Of a stretch of DNA of 64,000 nucleotides, positions 1-15,160 are shown piece by piece. Position numbers and translations under genes: made by a program. The notes below the pieces were generated by a model. It saw only the letters and a list, made by a program, of their open reading frames with translations. It was not told the origin of the DNA and ran no database searches. The stretch is from assembly GCA_951406725.2 (NCBI GenBank), contig OX597832.1:39122001-39186000 (forward strand), in the 5' to 3' direction. Source of the DNA: Octopus vulgaris (lineage: Eukaryota). Every line of letters starts with the position of its first letter. Within the stretch, counting starts at the first letter, position 1.

Positions 1-119
1 TATGTCTTTATTCAGTTATATTTCAAGATCTCTTGCCAGTAGAGAAAGAGCCGGTTTCAAACCTAGATCCAAGTCATCTTCAACGAAGTATCAACATCAA
101 CGACAGGGAAAATTTAATT

Positions 120-1390
120 AAAAACGTTGTGTAATGCTATTCACGAAATGCCAGTGACAGCGCATGACATAAAAATGAAATCCGCAGAGGATAATTAACC
201 TACAAGAACGAAAGAAATGTTGAAAAATAAGCAAAGTAAAAATACAAAAATGAATAATCTTTCACAATGCGATGATGTTTTAATGTACGCGTAAAAAGTG
301 GTTGTACGAACTACACTACAAGGAGTATTGCAGGAATTCCACAGTGGACACACGGGAATGTTGAGAATGGAAACCTTAATGAGGAGTTGTATAGTTGCCG
401 ACAAAGGAGCGGGACATTGAAAATTTAGAAAAATCATGTAGAGGTTATGCGCTAGCTGCCAAAGCACCATCAGTGAAATACCATTTGTGGCCTGAGAAAG
501 ATAGACCGTGGTCCAGGGTACATATCGTCTACGCTGGACCAGTGAACGGCGCATAGTACCTAACTATAGTTGTTGATATCAGTACAAAGTGGCCAGAGAT
601 ATGCAGGCGCAGTACGCCAACTGCAAAGACAACAATAAAGTTCCTGTATGAATTATTTGCTTGATACGGTGTTCCAGACACGTTGGTATCAGATAATGGA
701 ACACAATTTACGGGATGTGAATTAAATAATTTCCGCAAAATATACGTGATATAGCATATTTTTACCCCGTTCTACAACCCGAGGTCAAACGGGCAGGTAG
801 AAAGATTAGTTGATACATTCTAAAAAAGCAGGGAATGATGCAGGTAATGACGAAGTGCTAACTAAATTCTTGAGGGTATATAGAGTAACGCCTAATCCGA
901 ATACTAGCTCAGGAAAGTCTCCGGCAGAGTTAATGTTTGCGCGAAAAATAAAATTGATCTTCGCTAGATTATTGCTAGGAAAAAATATATTTAAAGGAAA
1001 TGCAGAAAAGGCAACATTTTGTAGTAGGAGACAAAGTTCAGTTTAAAATTTACAAACATGGTAAAGAAGCCTGCGGTCGGAGTTTGTAGCTAAAAGATTA
1101 GGAAACATGATGTATGTAGTCAAAGGACAACGTTGGGAATATAAGCGACCTAAACCAGTTAAAGACGAAACACTGAAAAAAAAAACGAAAGAAAATACCA
1201 ATGGAAGTCTGCTATGACATGTTTGACGTGCCAACACCGAAAGAGATTGAGCCTCGAATAAGGAGTAGTAGAAAAGGAAACAGACAGTACATTTAGAAAT
1301 AATGCCAAAATGAAATTTAAGAAAAGAAAAAGAAAAAGAGGGCGGGACAGGTACTGAAAAAAATTTCACGAAATCTAAAAAGGTGAGATC
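120..1390 (+). mobile_element. Degenerate Ty3/Gypsy LTR retrotransposon pol 3' part (integrase), with stops and frameshifts
   Basis: Manual translation gives the zinc-binding region (LQEFHSGHTGMLRM), the rve core (IVVDISTKWPE; ELFA*YGVPDTLVSDNGTQFT; PRSNGQVERLVDTF) and FLRVYRVTPNPNTSSGKSPAELMFARK (ORF 810-1046). These motifs are typical of Gypsy integrases. Confidence 0.9.
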
Positions 1391-1391
1391 T

Positions 1392-1640
1392 TGTGATGAG
1401 AGTCACAACGCTCCCTTGCGAGAAGTAGACCCGACCGAGTGATCGTAAATAGCAGCCGTCGGAGTGGAGATTGTGTGCTGTTAGCAGTGAATTCGGAAGG
1501 TGTTGGTTGGTTAGTTCATTTGGAATATTAATTGTTGATTCGTGAAGAGATTGTTGGAGCGTTACGTTGTTGTTACGGCTGCATCGTTATCTTGTTTACT
1601 CTCACTACACTGCTACAGTGTATCTAAACCATCCGTCACA
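1392..1640 (+). mobile_element. Probable 3' LTR of the Gypsy element
   Basis: Follows a purine-rich tract (aaaaaggtgaga). Starts TGTGATG and ends CGTCACA, an imperfect terminal inverted repeat. The 3' boundary is uncertain. Confidence 0.5.
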
Positions 1641-2190
1641 ATATCGTGGCGGTACCACGACATTGGAGACGGAGGATACAACAGGTTCACAAATGGATAT
1701 TGGGTGAAAAGTTTAGTTGGTCAGCAAGTTTCTAACCGGTGTATAATTATTGTTGGTATTATATGATTACTTTCCCTTTGGGAAGGCATAAAAATTTGTG
1801 GACTGTGTCTTTATACGTATTTCTAAGATACGGTTGCTAGTACGGTTTCTTACAATAATATCTAAAGTATTTCAAACCTGTGTATATACTCATGTATGGG
1901 GCTTCATAAACCGAGTGCATATACGCATATACCAATAAATACTCAGACATAAACATCCATGCACACACACACCCACACACTCACACATACATACACTCAC
2001 ACATACTGTACATACATAAAAAGATTCTCAATCATCTACCGTTTACGTAATACTAACCTGTGTCAGTATATTGCCTACACAAATTTTGTATGCACACATA
2101 AATATATGTATGCAGTGATATGTGTTTGTATGTGTGCGTGTGCGTTTGTGCTTGTGTGTGTGTGTATGAGTGTGCGTGCGTCTGTGTATC

Positions 2191-2593
<403 letters not shown>

Positions 2594-2880
2594 GCTCACA
2601 ACAACAACACTTATGAACACACACACCTATGTGTTGCCCTACAGGTATTTATAGACACACAGGTCAATATACACATGCATACGTACAGACACAAACACAC
2701 ATACATATATGCATACATACATATGTATATACACCCGTATAAATGTATCGTCTCATGCATATATATATACACCCACAAAAACCACATAACCTTTCTACGT
2801 GTTGTGCCCCCCTTTTATATTTATGGTTTTATGTGGATGAATAAGCGCAGTAAACATTTCCGCGTGCTACATTCGTCGTC

Positions 2881-3360
<480 letters not shown>

Positions 3361-3540
3361 TTACCACAGCCGTTGCTGTTCCTGTACTGCTACTATTGTA
3401 TCTCTTACTACTTTTCCACTTCCATTACAAAAACAGGTATATGTATCCTTGTGCATATATGAGCACGCGCACACATTCACATATATACATATATATACAA
3501 ATCCTTATATATGCACATTGATGAACATAATCATATATAC

Positions 3541-3590
<50 letters not shown>

Positions 3591-3740
3591 AAGCATAAGT
3601 ATAGAAACATATGGGTATATATATACATGTGTATATATGCATATATACAAACATATATATATATATATGTGTGTGTGTGTGGATACATATATATATGTAT
3701 ACATATATGTATATATATATACATATACATATACATATAC

Positions 3741-3772
<32 letters not shown>

Positions 3773-4242
3773 GTACGCATATATATATATGTGTGTGTGT
3801 GTGTGTGTATGTGTGAATATTTGTGTGTATGTATTTATATATATGTTATGCATATTCATATGCATAACATATTCCCAAATATACAAGTACGAATTATGTA
3901 TATTCATCACATGTACGTACCTGTATTCATGTGCATCGCAACAGACCCTCCCCCCACTCACACTCACTCACACACGTTTGTGTTTCTATATGTATACGTG
4001 TATGATATATAACACCCGAATGCATATTTTCACTATACAGCAGGTCACTCGACCGAGGCTGACCGTGTCTACTGACCCGTGTAAGATCTATGCTACTAAT
4101 GGCTCTAAATTCTACGACTTATATGCCAAAAGCACATTAAACGCCCACCGGCCCTTCACACCCTCCCTCATTATATATGTACGATGCATACATACATACA
4201 TACATATATATGTATACATATATATATAAATATATTTATATA

Positions 4243-4294
<52 letters not shown>

Positions 4295-4297
4295 ATA

Positions 4298-4372
<75 letters not shown>

Positions 4373-5623
4373 ATGTAGATATGTATATATATATGTGTGT
4401 GTAATGTTTGTGTGGTGGGGATGTGAGGCCGCAGGGCAAAGTGGGCAGTAAATTCAAGAAGTGTTTCCGATTTCAAATCTGCCTTCATGTTACTGAATAG
4501 CAACTTACGCCTTGACTACTGTAGGAGAACCCAAGCAGAAAGCTTCAAGGCAGTTTCCACAATATCCTAACCTCTCCACAAAAATAACACCAGCATTTCC
4601 TTCATATTTATTACACGTCGGTTAATCTCTTGAAAATGGAAATTGTACATTAGTCTTATAGGACTGATTCTTCGTCTTCTTCTTCTTCTTCTTCTTCTTC
4701 TTCTTCTTCTTCTTCTTCTTCTTCTTCTTCTTCTTCTTCTTCTTCTTCTTCTTCGTGTTCTGCTCCTTGTTCTTCTTCTTCTTCTCATTCCCCTTTTTCT
4801 TCCTCTTCTCCTCCTCCTCCCCTTCTTCACCTCCCCCTCCTCCTTCTTCTTCCTCTTCATCTTCTACTTCTTCTTCCTCCTCTTCTTCTTCTTCTTCTTC
4901 CTCTTCTTCTCTTCCTCTCCTTGTTGTTTGTTTTTATTCTTCCTCTTCGGCACCTTTAAATCTAATCACGTGATAGTGCACATTGCAGTCCATGTAACCC
5001 TAAACCTTTCCTTGTCTCCACCGTCTTCAAATTTCTAGTTCGCCTTTTCACACTGCTAACAACGACAATGGAACCTTTTTATGGTCTCTGCATTTGCCCA
5101 CAACAACCATCGAAATACATCCTATTGTCTTTTGCAAAAACGAAAACCACATTCAGGAATTCAATGATGTCGTTGATACATCATTTGCAAAACAGACTGG
5201 ATTGTCATTGTCGCAGTATCTTTCATAACGCGTTTGATAAAACAATGGTGAACTCGGACTAAACAACAATAGCAGCAATAACAACAACAGCAACAACGAT
5301 ATATGCCTGGAGGATCTCACGTCGATTGAAGTTGTATCCCGGCATGTGTGCAATCTAATGACGGGAACAAGTAAAAGATAAAAGATAAAAGAAGTGAAAT
5401 AAAATTAGTGTGTGTTTATCATTGGCATAGTGACCCTCCCGGGATACAGCAAAATCTGTTTCAACGCATGCGTTGACACCAAGATTCTTACAAACTAAAA
5501 TTCAACAATGAAACAGCCTGAACTACATTTTCCGATGTTTTCTTTCAAGATGGTAGGATTGCCATAACTGGATCCCGAAAATGGACGTGTAGTCGCATAC
5601 TATCATTTGTATTTTATCAATAA

Positions 5624-5927
5624 CTAGCAGTATCGCCCGGCGTTGCTCGGGTTTGTAAGGGAAATAACTATATAAGCATTTATAGAGAGTTATTTCCCTT
5701 ATATAAACCGAGCGAAAATGCATTAAAAATGAGGAAAAATGATGGTAATTTTTTTTTTTAATCGTAGACTCATCGTAGACGCGCGCTAATAGTCAGACGG
5801 GCTCGATATGAATCACGACTATAAGATACCCGGTTTTGGTTAAACTGCACCGCAAAATGTGGGAGTAGTTAGGAATCTAAATCGTAGGAGACAGACACTC
5901 ACACGACTTCACTTTTATATATAAAGA
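5624..5927 (-). mobile_element. Non-autonomous Helitron, copy 1 (about 304 bp)
   Basis: On the minus strand: 5' TC, subterminal hairpin CCCGAGCAACGCCGGG, 3' CTAG, inserted between A and T with no TSD. A near-identical copy lies at 11882-12184. Confidence 0.85.
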
Positions 5928-6544
5928 TAATCATCGGCAAAACAACCCCGATTCAGAACTATGATCAATGGTGTTCGAGCCGTGACCATCTCGCCTTTGT
6001 CTCTAAATACGACGATATTTTCCACTGTTCTTCCCTGTATTAAAACATTTGTTTGTGATTTGAGAAAGATTTGGATGCTATATTTAGCAGGTACAGTTTC
6101 TAACAAGTCTCTAGTCTTTGCATAAAGCTATTTAAGTAGCATCTCCAGCTGTATTATTATTTGTCATTAAAACAAAAGATCTAAATGCTTTTCTGAAAAG
6201 CCTCGGGTGGTTTCTCTCCGGCGATTCACTAATTTTATTTCGAAATAAACAAGCTTCTCAAGCAGTAACGGTAAAAGAAAAAGAAAAAAAAAATGACAAG
6301 AGGTTCTCAATACCGAAAGAGAAAAAACATACTCGTAATCACAATTACAAATCAATGCGCATGCGCACTATACGCACATGCATATAATAAGAGGGAGACA
6401 ATTAAAAAAGAACATTATCGGAAACATAACATGCGATGTAAAATTATTCAATATTTGAAACGGAAACGTTGACTAATGAGAAATAAACAGCAATGCTTTG
6501 AATCGGGGTTCACGAAACACTAATATTAAAATCTAAGGTTGAAA

Positions 6545-6603
6545 GAACACACACACGCAGACTCATATACGCACTCAGATACTTACACACACACACACAC
6601 ACA

Positions 6604-6639
<36 letters not shown>

Positions 6640-6846
6640 GACTCACACACGTACTCAGGTACTTACACACACACACACAGACTCATACACGTAATCAGAT
6701 ACACACACACACACACACACACACACAGACTCATACATGTACTCAGATACTTACACACACACACACACAGAGACTCATACACGTACTCAGATACTTACAC
6801 ACACACACACACACACACACACAGACTCATACACGTACTCAGATAC

Positions 6847-6880
<34 letters not shown>

Positions 6881-6935
6881 TCATACACGTACTCAGATAC
6901 TTACACACACACACAACACACACACACACACACAC
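6545..6935. repeat. Minisatellite: about 7 copies of AGACTCATACACGTACTCAGATACTT separated by variable (AC)n
   Basis: Core units near 6559, 6639, 6679, 6727, 6771, 6822 and 6877. Confidence 0.9.
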
Positions 6936-7750
6936 CGGCACGCGCTCGCACGTACACACGCATACAAAAATATGCATATGTTCGCTTGTATGATAAACCT
7001 AAACGAAAGTTAAAAGCAAATTAAGATTAACAAAAAAACAATAACCATGAAATTTTGATTTTGCAAAATTGTTTTTATGTTGAATATGCAATATATATAG
7101 TTTCGCTCGAGCGGAATTTAACATACATAGCATGCATAAGTACGTACATACAAACATGTGACATATACGTGTGGGTGTATATATATAAACGTACATATAT
7201 ATACATACATACTTACATATATACACACATACACATATATATCTAACTTGCAAATGGATGCGTGGAATGATGTCACACACACACATATATATATATGCAT
7301 AGGGCCACACTTGCGCCTTTGTATATATAACGTATTTGTTTCCGTTTTCGTCTACCAGATCCACTGAGAAAGCTTTTGTCGATCTGGGGCTAAGGCAGAA
7401 AACACGTGCCCAAGATGGCCCGCACTTGGAATGAATCTCTGACCTTATATTTAAGAAGCAAGCTTAATCATACACACATCTGTGTATATATGTATGACCC
7501 ACATATACATACTCACATAAGTGCGTACGATTGAGTTTAGATAGAAGTAGGGTCTAACTACGCAATGGCTCCAGTATAGAAGCTGGATGTCAAGATGCGT
7601 TGCTAATAGTGATGTTATAGCCTCCTTCATCCTTCGCTTCCTTTGGTTTCGGTCTGCGTAGTAACAAGAGCACAAACACTGGGACCCACACCCTTTCTTT
7701 TTCTCTCTTGCTTTCTCAATGCACGTGCGTACACACACTCAACCTAAAAG

Positions 7751-7791
<41 letters not shown>

Positions 7792-7794
7792 AAG

Positions 7795-7827
<33 letters not shown>

Positions 7828-8096
7828 CTCGCATATAAAATTTTCAAAAAGATTTTTTTTTAAATTCAGAAATCTTCAATAAATTTTTAAGAAAACCCAA
7901 AATAAAATAATGGTATTCTGTTGTTCCCCTTCTTCGCCTCCTCTATCTCCTCAATACCATCCTCGTTCTCATCCTTTTTGCTGATGTTTTTGTTGCTGTT
8001 GTTGTTATTATTATTATTGTTATTATTGCAGATTTCTTCCACCACTAATCTTGTGTAAAATTTTATTTACCATTCTTCTTCTTCTTCTTCTTCTTC

Positions 8097-8177
<81 letters not shown>

Positions 8178-8189
8178 TTATTCTTATTA

Positions 8190-8247
<58 letters not shown>

Positions 8248-8633
8248 CATCATCATTATATTCCATCCGAACTACTGGAATAAAGCATTTTCAAATCTAC
8301 GATTTATCGATTTCATGTTTGGAAGGAGCAAACTGAAAACTTTCGATGACATAATTTACTCATCAATATACTTCAATTTGTACTCCTTCCTCTTTCTAGC
8401 TCTCTCTTTCTCTCTCCCTCTCTCCTTCTCTCTCTCTCTCTCTCTCTCATTTTGCAACATCTTCGTATATCTAATTTACTCATTACTCATTTTTCTACGA
8501 AGCTACTTAATTTTCACGCTTCCTTTCTCCTTCTCACTTTCCTTTTCTCTTTCTTACACAGCATCTCTTTGCATACATACACACATACACACACACACAC
8601 GTATATACATCTATATCTATATCTATATATATA

Positions 8634-8688
<55 letters not shown>

Positions 8689-8763
8689 AACAAAACGAAT
8701 GGTTTATACCTGGCAGCTTACTGGTAAATTCTTCTATCTTCCATCTTCCGTCTCTCGTTAACC

Positions 8764-8850
<87 letters not shown>

Positions 8851-8854
<4 letters not shown>

Positions 8855-9026
8855 TCGCCATACTAATATGGCAGTCTTATAAATATAAGACTAAATCTGT
8901 CGCTGATTAGCTCCAAGAGGCCAACGCCTCAAGCTAGCTATTTGACACACGAACCTGCGTCCATTAATTTCCAGTAACGCTGCCGTAATCTCCTTTAGAG
9001 AGACTTAGTAGTTTTAATATTTCTAT

Positions 9027-9030
<4 letters not shown>
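8851..9030. mobile_element. Dispersed multi-hairpin repeat (family F), probably a Penelope-like terminal repeat fragment
   Basis: Homologous to 28731-28875 and 37170-37556; the latter is contiguous with a hammerhead. Embedded in (TA)n. Confidence 0.6.
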
Positions 9031-9122
<92 letters not shown>

Positions 9123-9557
9123 ACAAACTGGGACAAAAACGCAAAACATTTAGAAGACGATACGAAAAACACGGACAGGACATTCGAAGCCTTCAATCTT
9201 CAGTCAAGAACCGGATCATCCTCGCAATTTCGGCTGATTAATCTTGAGATTATATATATATATATATATATTATATATATTATATATATATTTATATTTA
9301 TATCGAATGCAGGGTGGCTGTGAAGACCATAAAAAAATAGGGTAAATACCCTTTAAAAGACAGAGAATGTGACCAGCTAGCCTCTGCAGAGAATCGAACC
9401 CTATACCTATCAATTTGGGGCTGAACTCTGAAATAAATATGTGGGAGACGAAAGAAAATTCTAATTTGTGTTCCGAAGAAATTTTTTTACCAGTATGTAA
9501 ACATACATACATACATACACATAATTGTGTGTGTGTGTCTGTGTGTGTATGTAGGTA

Positions 9558-9588
<31 letters not shown>

Positions 9589-9650
9589 TGTATGTATGTA
9601 TGTATGAATGTATGTATGAATGTATGTATGTGCAAATCTCTATATACTAA

Positions 9651-9763
<113 letters not shown>

Positions 9764-10211
9764 TATTTATACATATACATACCTACGATGGAGCTTTGTA
9801 TTTTTGTTAGATGCAAGTTCATTCTTCAAAGGGAGAATTTAAATAATTATATATGAATGCATTCATACGCACACATAGCCACACATACTCACGCACACAC
9901 ACTGACAAACACGCATGCACGCACCTATATACGCTCGCCTGTGCCGAGTGTCTTCTCCACACCAGTCTCCTCTGTGCTGTCATCGTTAGCAAACACTGTC
10001 AACAAATTACATTTAATAAGTAGAAATGTGTATATTTTGTTTTTGTGTTTATTTGTTACTTATGTGTGGGCATGTATGGGGGTTTGTGGAGTGTATATAT
10101 GCGGTTCATGTCACGTTGTATTGGTCGTAGGTGAGTACTGTGTGTGTTTTATACACTTGTAACTATTCGTGTTCCGAAGAAATATTTATAGTAATCACGA
10201 AAACAAATACA

Positions 10212-10215
10212 GATG

Positions 10216-10290
<75 letters not shown>

Positions 10291-10311
10291 GGACGGACGG
10301 ACGGACGGACG

Positions 10312-10369
<58 letters not shown>

Positions 10370-10382
10370 TAGATAGGCAGGC

Positions 10383-10441
<59 letters not shown>

Positions 10442-10460
10442 CTGACAGACAGACAGACAA

Positions 10461-10539
<79 letters not shown>

Positions 10540-10540
10540 T
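10212..10540. repeat. (GATA)n/(GACA)n/(GACG)n compound tetranucleotide microsatellite
   Basis: Directly visible. Similar arrays at 18468-18600, 23115-23395 and 53862-54335. Confidence 0.95.
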
Positions 10541-11881
10541 GATAATATGATATAATATGATATTTGAGTGTGTATGGTTGTATGTATGTATATTCTTACA
10601 TATATACATATATACATATATACATATATGCATGTGTATATTGGATAAAATATACATATATATCTATCAACATATATTTATGTATACATTCATACGCATA
10701 CATACACACAGACAGACACAATCACACCTTTACACACAAGAATATGCCATAGTGTTTTGTCTACCATCAGCTCTGAACGGCAATTCAACAGAATGTAATT
10801 TTTGTTTCTGTTGAGAAACACAAGGTATATACATCAGAGATGATAAACAATACATCCAGAAACTCTGTCTCTGCTCTCCACTGAGTTCTCCTGGCGCTAA
10901 AAGTTCGAGGATGCGTTATAAATTTCCGGTTGTCAATTTGCAGAGCAGATTGCTTTTTTCTTTATCCATATATTTATATCTCTGCTTGTTTGTTGTTTTT
11001 TGTTATTTGTTTGTTTGTTTGTTTGTTTTTCCTTTGGGTTTTTTTTTTTTTTTTTTTTGTAGTTCCGTATCCACCTCAGAAAATATACTGTACATTTTTG
11101 TTTATTTTAGTACAAGTTTCATTTAAAATAAACCAATAGAAAAAAAAGCATTGAATCCTATCGCATTTTATTCTTGATTTAACTGCCAAAAATCCAGAAA
11201 CCATTACAGAATCCAATTCCAAAATAGTAAAAAAGGTTTCCTTTATGTTTTTAATCCGCCAAAATATACACAAATAAATGAATGTTAAATTTCTTTCGGT
11301 CTTTCTTTGCTTCCTGTCATGTGAGTTTTTATCATTTTCCTAACAAGAAATAATATCCATCGTAATTTGTAAAGATATATTTATAATTTCTTTTTTTTCG
11401 ACCGTTCAGATAAGAAAATGCTTCCTTAGTATATCTTTGAACATTTTCTTGTCACGAAGAGATATTGATATCTGAAAACGTCAATAATTCAAAATGGGTT
11501 TTATACTAGAAAATAATAATGTAATGGAAATAGTTTATCATCGAAGGTATTGCTTATTTCGTAGCTATTTTTGCAGGTCACAGAATGATAAACAGTAATG
11601 ATATTGTACGCGAAGTTTGAAACGTTGGTCGTTGACAAATGGACGAATAACGACTGACTGTAGGAAAGTTTCATATAGCGATAATCATTGCATTGATACG
11701 TTCAAAGTGGAATTGTCGTGTTGTAATAATCTTTCTAGCACAACAAAATATAGTGTTTTTCGACGTTTTGCTAACCTGGCTGAGGCTCACGATGTTACGT
11801 TTTTTTATTTGCTTTGTAAGATTCTTGATATGAAATCGTGAGCTGAAAGAGATATTTGGAGATGGTCACTTATATATAATA

Positions 11882-12184
11882 CTAGCAGTATCGCCCGGCA
11901 TTGCTCGGGTTTGTAAGGGAAATAACTATATAAGCATTTTTAGAGAGTTACTTCCCTTATATAAACCGAGCAAAAAATACATTAAAAATGGGAAAAAATG
12001 ATGGTAATTTTTTTTTAAATCGTAGACTCATCGTAGACGTGCGCTAATACTCAGAAGGGCTCGATATGAATCACAACTATAAGATACCCGGTTTTGGTTA
12101 AACTGCACCGCAAAATGTGGGAGTAGTTAGGAATCTAAATCGTAGGAGACAGACAGCACACAACCTTACTTTTATATATAAAGA
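11882..12184 (-). mobile_element. Non-autonomous Helitron, copy 2
   Basis: Same TC...hairpin...CTAG termini and A|T target as copy 1; only scattered differences. Confidence 0.85.
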
Positions 12185-12190
12185 TATATA

Positions 12191-12259
12191 GTTCAAATTC
12201 CGCCGAGGTCGACTTTGCCTTTCCTCCTTTCGGGGTCGATAAATTAAGTACCAGTTACG
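12191..12259 (+). mobile_element. SINE family 1 internal fragment (B box onward)
   Basis: GTTCAAATTCCGCCGAGGTCGACTTTGCC...AAGTACCAGTTACG matches the full copies at 44338 and 45630. Confidence 0.85.
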
Positions 12260-12307
12260 TCTTACAGGTGTTTCTGAGATATTATGGATATCCTTTCATC
12301 AGTGACG
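12258..12307 (-). ncRNA. Type I hammerhead ribozyme motif (Penelope-like, short stem III)
   Basis: Minus strand: CGTCA-CTGATGA-AAGGATAT CCATA ATATCTCA-GAAA-CACCTG-TA-AGACG. Intact core, stem II GATAT/ATATC, stem I CGTC/GACG, GUA cleavage triplet. The pairs next to the core are imperfect. Confidence 0.65.
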
Positions 12308-12784
12308 GTGTGAAGAGGCTAAATAGAGGAAATATTTGAGTTCGAAGTATTATGGAAAAGGAGGAGAAAAGGAATATAGAGGGAAATAAGAGAATGAAAG
12401 TAGAAATAAGATATCTAAAGATATTGTAGCTGCAGTTCCATTATTCGTGGGAAATGCTGTATAGAAGTGGTAAAAAAAGAATGGTATATAAGTTCCAATA
12501 GTAGTTCATGTTCCGTCTTTTCAAAGTATGGCGCCGTGGAATCTGTGTTGTTCGTTCGAAAGGGTTTTGTGGTGTGAATGAAAATATGAGAATGTATTGG
12601 TAGTGTTTGTGAATAGAAGGGGGGGAGGAAAGATGTGAATGATTAGAAAGAAGAGATTGGTCAAATTGAGAGCAGGAAGAGAAAATGAGAGGAAGAAAGA
12701 AAGATAAACAATTCCTTGGCATCTCCCTTAAGGACTTACCTATTCCTTCACAAAATACTTACTTCTTACACCTCCACGCTAATA

Positions 12785-12818
<34 letters not shown>

Positions 12819-13120
12819 CATACATACACACATACATACATGCATACATACATACATACATACATACATACATACATACATACATGCATACATACATACA
12901 TACATACATACACACATACACATACATACATACATACATACATACATACATACATACATACATACACACACACATACATACATACATACATACATACACA
13001 CATACATACGACGAGCTTCTTTCAGGTTTCGTCTATAAAATCCACTCACAAGGTTTTGGTCGGCCCGAGGCTTTAGTAGAAGACACTTGCCCAAAGTGCC
13101 ACATATATATATATGTGTGT

Positions 13121-13175
<55 letters not shown>

Positions 13176-13844
13176 CATATATATACATTTCTTCTAATAT
13201 ATATATATATATGCGCTTGTGTTCATGTGTGTGCGTGTGTGTGTAATCGTAGAGACATTTCAGAGTTCAGACTACCAAAGTACTTTTCCGCTAGGTAATA
13301 TTCCATGTTTCATTGCAAAAGATACGACTTTACCTGTAATCAATTAGAGTTGATATTAAAGAGAAGCGGCACCAGATCGATTTAACTGGAAAGTCCAAAA
13401 CGAATCAAGATGCTAAGACCATTCCCGTTAAGAAGCCAAATTTATAATTAGTTCTTTTATACTCGACATTTGCCTAACAGCGTTTTACATAACACCACTT
13501 CTGTCCTCCAGTGTTCACTTGCATATCAAAGAGCTCTCAGTTAAACCAGAAATCCGTTACATCGATCTGTTTCTCCGTTGATGCATTTTCTAGGCTTCTA
13601 GAATACTTCTAAAAGTCTTCGTTTAAGTTTCTCACCTGGAAAAACGAACATTTTTTTGTCATCACTATAGTTTCAGGTGGCGATTTAGTAATGAAATAAG
13701 ACAATGACGAACTATAAATTAGAAAAAGAAAAAAGGTCATGGCCGCTTAAACGTTTCTGATTAGTAATAAATCTTCGGCGTAAGACACAAACGGTCATCG
13801 GTTCATAATATGACATTGAGTCTCTACTGTATCCTTGACAAAGA

Positions 13845-13931
<87 letters not shown>

Positions 13932-14379
13932 TATTCACACACACAACCTTCATTGTCACAAACACACGCGCGCTTGCGCACCCTTTGTTTTTGCCGTGCC
14001 ACCGTTTTTATCTCCCTTTCACTCAGCCTCTTTCTTCCGGTCATTTCATCATGTTGAAGAGTTAATCCCTCGTCTCTCTCTCTCTCTCTATGTTTCTTTA
14101 TCTCTCTCTCTTCTCTCTCTCTCTCTCTCTCTCTCTCCTTCTCTCTCTTATGACACAAACAAGAATTCTCTACTGATATATAGGTGTAAAAGTTTGGAGG
14201 ACAAGAAACGGAAACAGTGTATAATCTAATGATGTGAATCTCTTGTTATCCTCTACCATCACTGTATATCAAAGAAGTCTCATTTAAACGAGATATCAGT
14301 TACATCAGTCTGTTTCACCGTTTATGCATTTCCTATGGTTTTTCGCTGCTGCAGCTGGGCGGATTCGTTTGTTTATTTC

Positions 14380-14588
14380 TTTTATCTTTCAACTTGTTTC
14401 AGTCATTAGACTGCGGCCATGCTGGGACACGGCCTTGAAGTAGTTTTAGTCGAATAAATCGAACCCAGTTCTTATATCTTAAAGCCTGCAATATATTCTG
14501 TCAACGTTTTTTGCTGAACCGCTATGTCACGGAAACATAAACAGACCAACACCGGTTGTCAAGCAGTGGTGAGGGACAAACTCTGACA

Positions 14589-14668
<80 letters not shown>

Positions 14669-14826
14669 TATATACGACGGGTTCCTTTCAGTTTCCGTCA
14701 GCCAAATCCACTCACAAGGCTTTGATCGGCACGAGGCAAGAGTAGAGGACACTTTCCCAAGGCGCCACGCGGTGGGACTGAACCTGAAACCATGTGGTTG
14801 AGAAGCAAACTTCTTACCACATGCAG
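14380..14826 (-). mobile_element. SINE family 2 (tRNA-derived, CORE-like segment, internal microsatellite), near full length
   Basis: Reverse complement of the 58605-58947 family. Other copies or fragments at about 7320-7470, 13010-13100, 23790-23880, 25555-25650, 27950-28310, 41075-41300, 41390-41855, 46935-47380, 50560-50610 and 54880-55025. Confidence 0.85.
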
Positions 14827-14984
14827 TAAGGACTGTCAAAACTAAAAATACAATTCGAGGCTGCAACGCAATGAAAATATGTATAAAAGAAAACTCATGT
14901 CATTCACTGTTAGAATTGTTGATTATACTCTCATGTATATTCGAAAAATAACAGAAGAGATTAATATATATATATAAGGATATA

Positions 14985-15160
14985 AGGTGGCAATTTGACA
15001 GAATCATTAGCACGCCGGACAAGGTGCTTGGCGGCATTTCGTCCGCCTTTATGCTCTCAGTTAGAATTACCCCGAGGTCAGCTTTGCTTTCTATCCTTTC
15101 GACTAACCCCACTCCTTCAATATTTCAGGCCTTATTCCTATAATAGAAAGGATTATATAT
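14985..15160 (+). mobile_element. Diverged SINE family 1 relative
   Basis: GACAGAATCATTAGCACGCCGG...GGCATTTCGTC...GAGGTCAGCTTTGCTTTC. Similar diverged copies at 26055-26260, 60353-60540, 63420-63645 and 63650-63875. Confidence 0.7.

Noticed and set aside
6356-6367. NRF1-type palindrome TGCGCATGCGCA as a promoter
   Set aside because: An isolated motif with no adjacent gene evidence.
6545-6935. CRISPR-like repeat-spacer appearance
   Set aside because: The spacers are just (AC)n, there are no cas genes, and the context is eukaryotic.
9160-9250. Hammerhead in the repeat shared with 50625-50705
   Set aside because: Minus-strand CTGAAGA is followed by GAAT without proper stems. It is a real dispersed repeat, but a ribozyme is unsupported.
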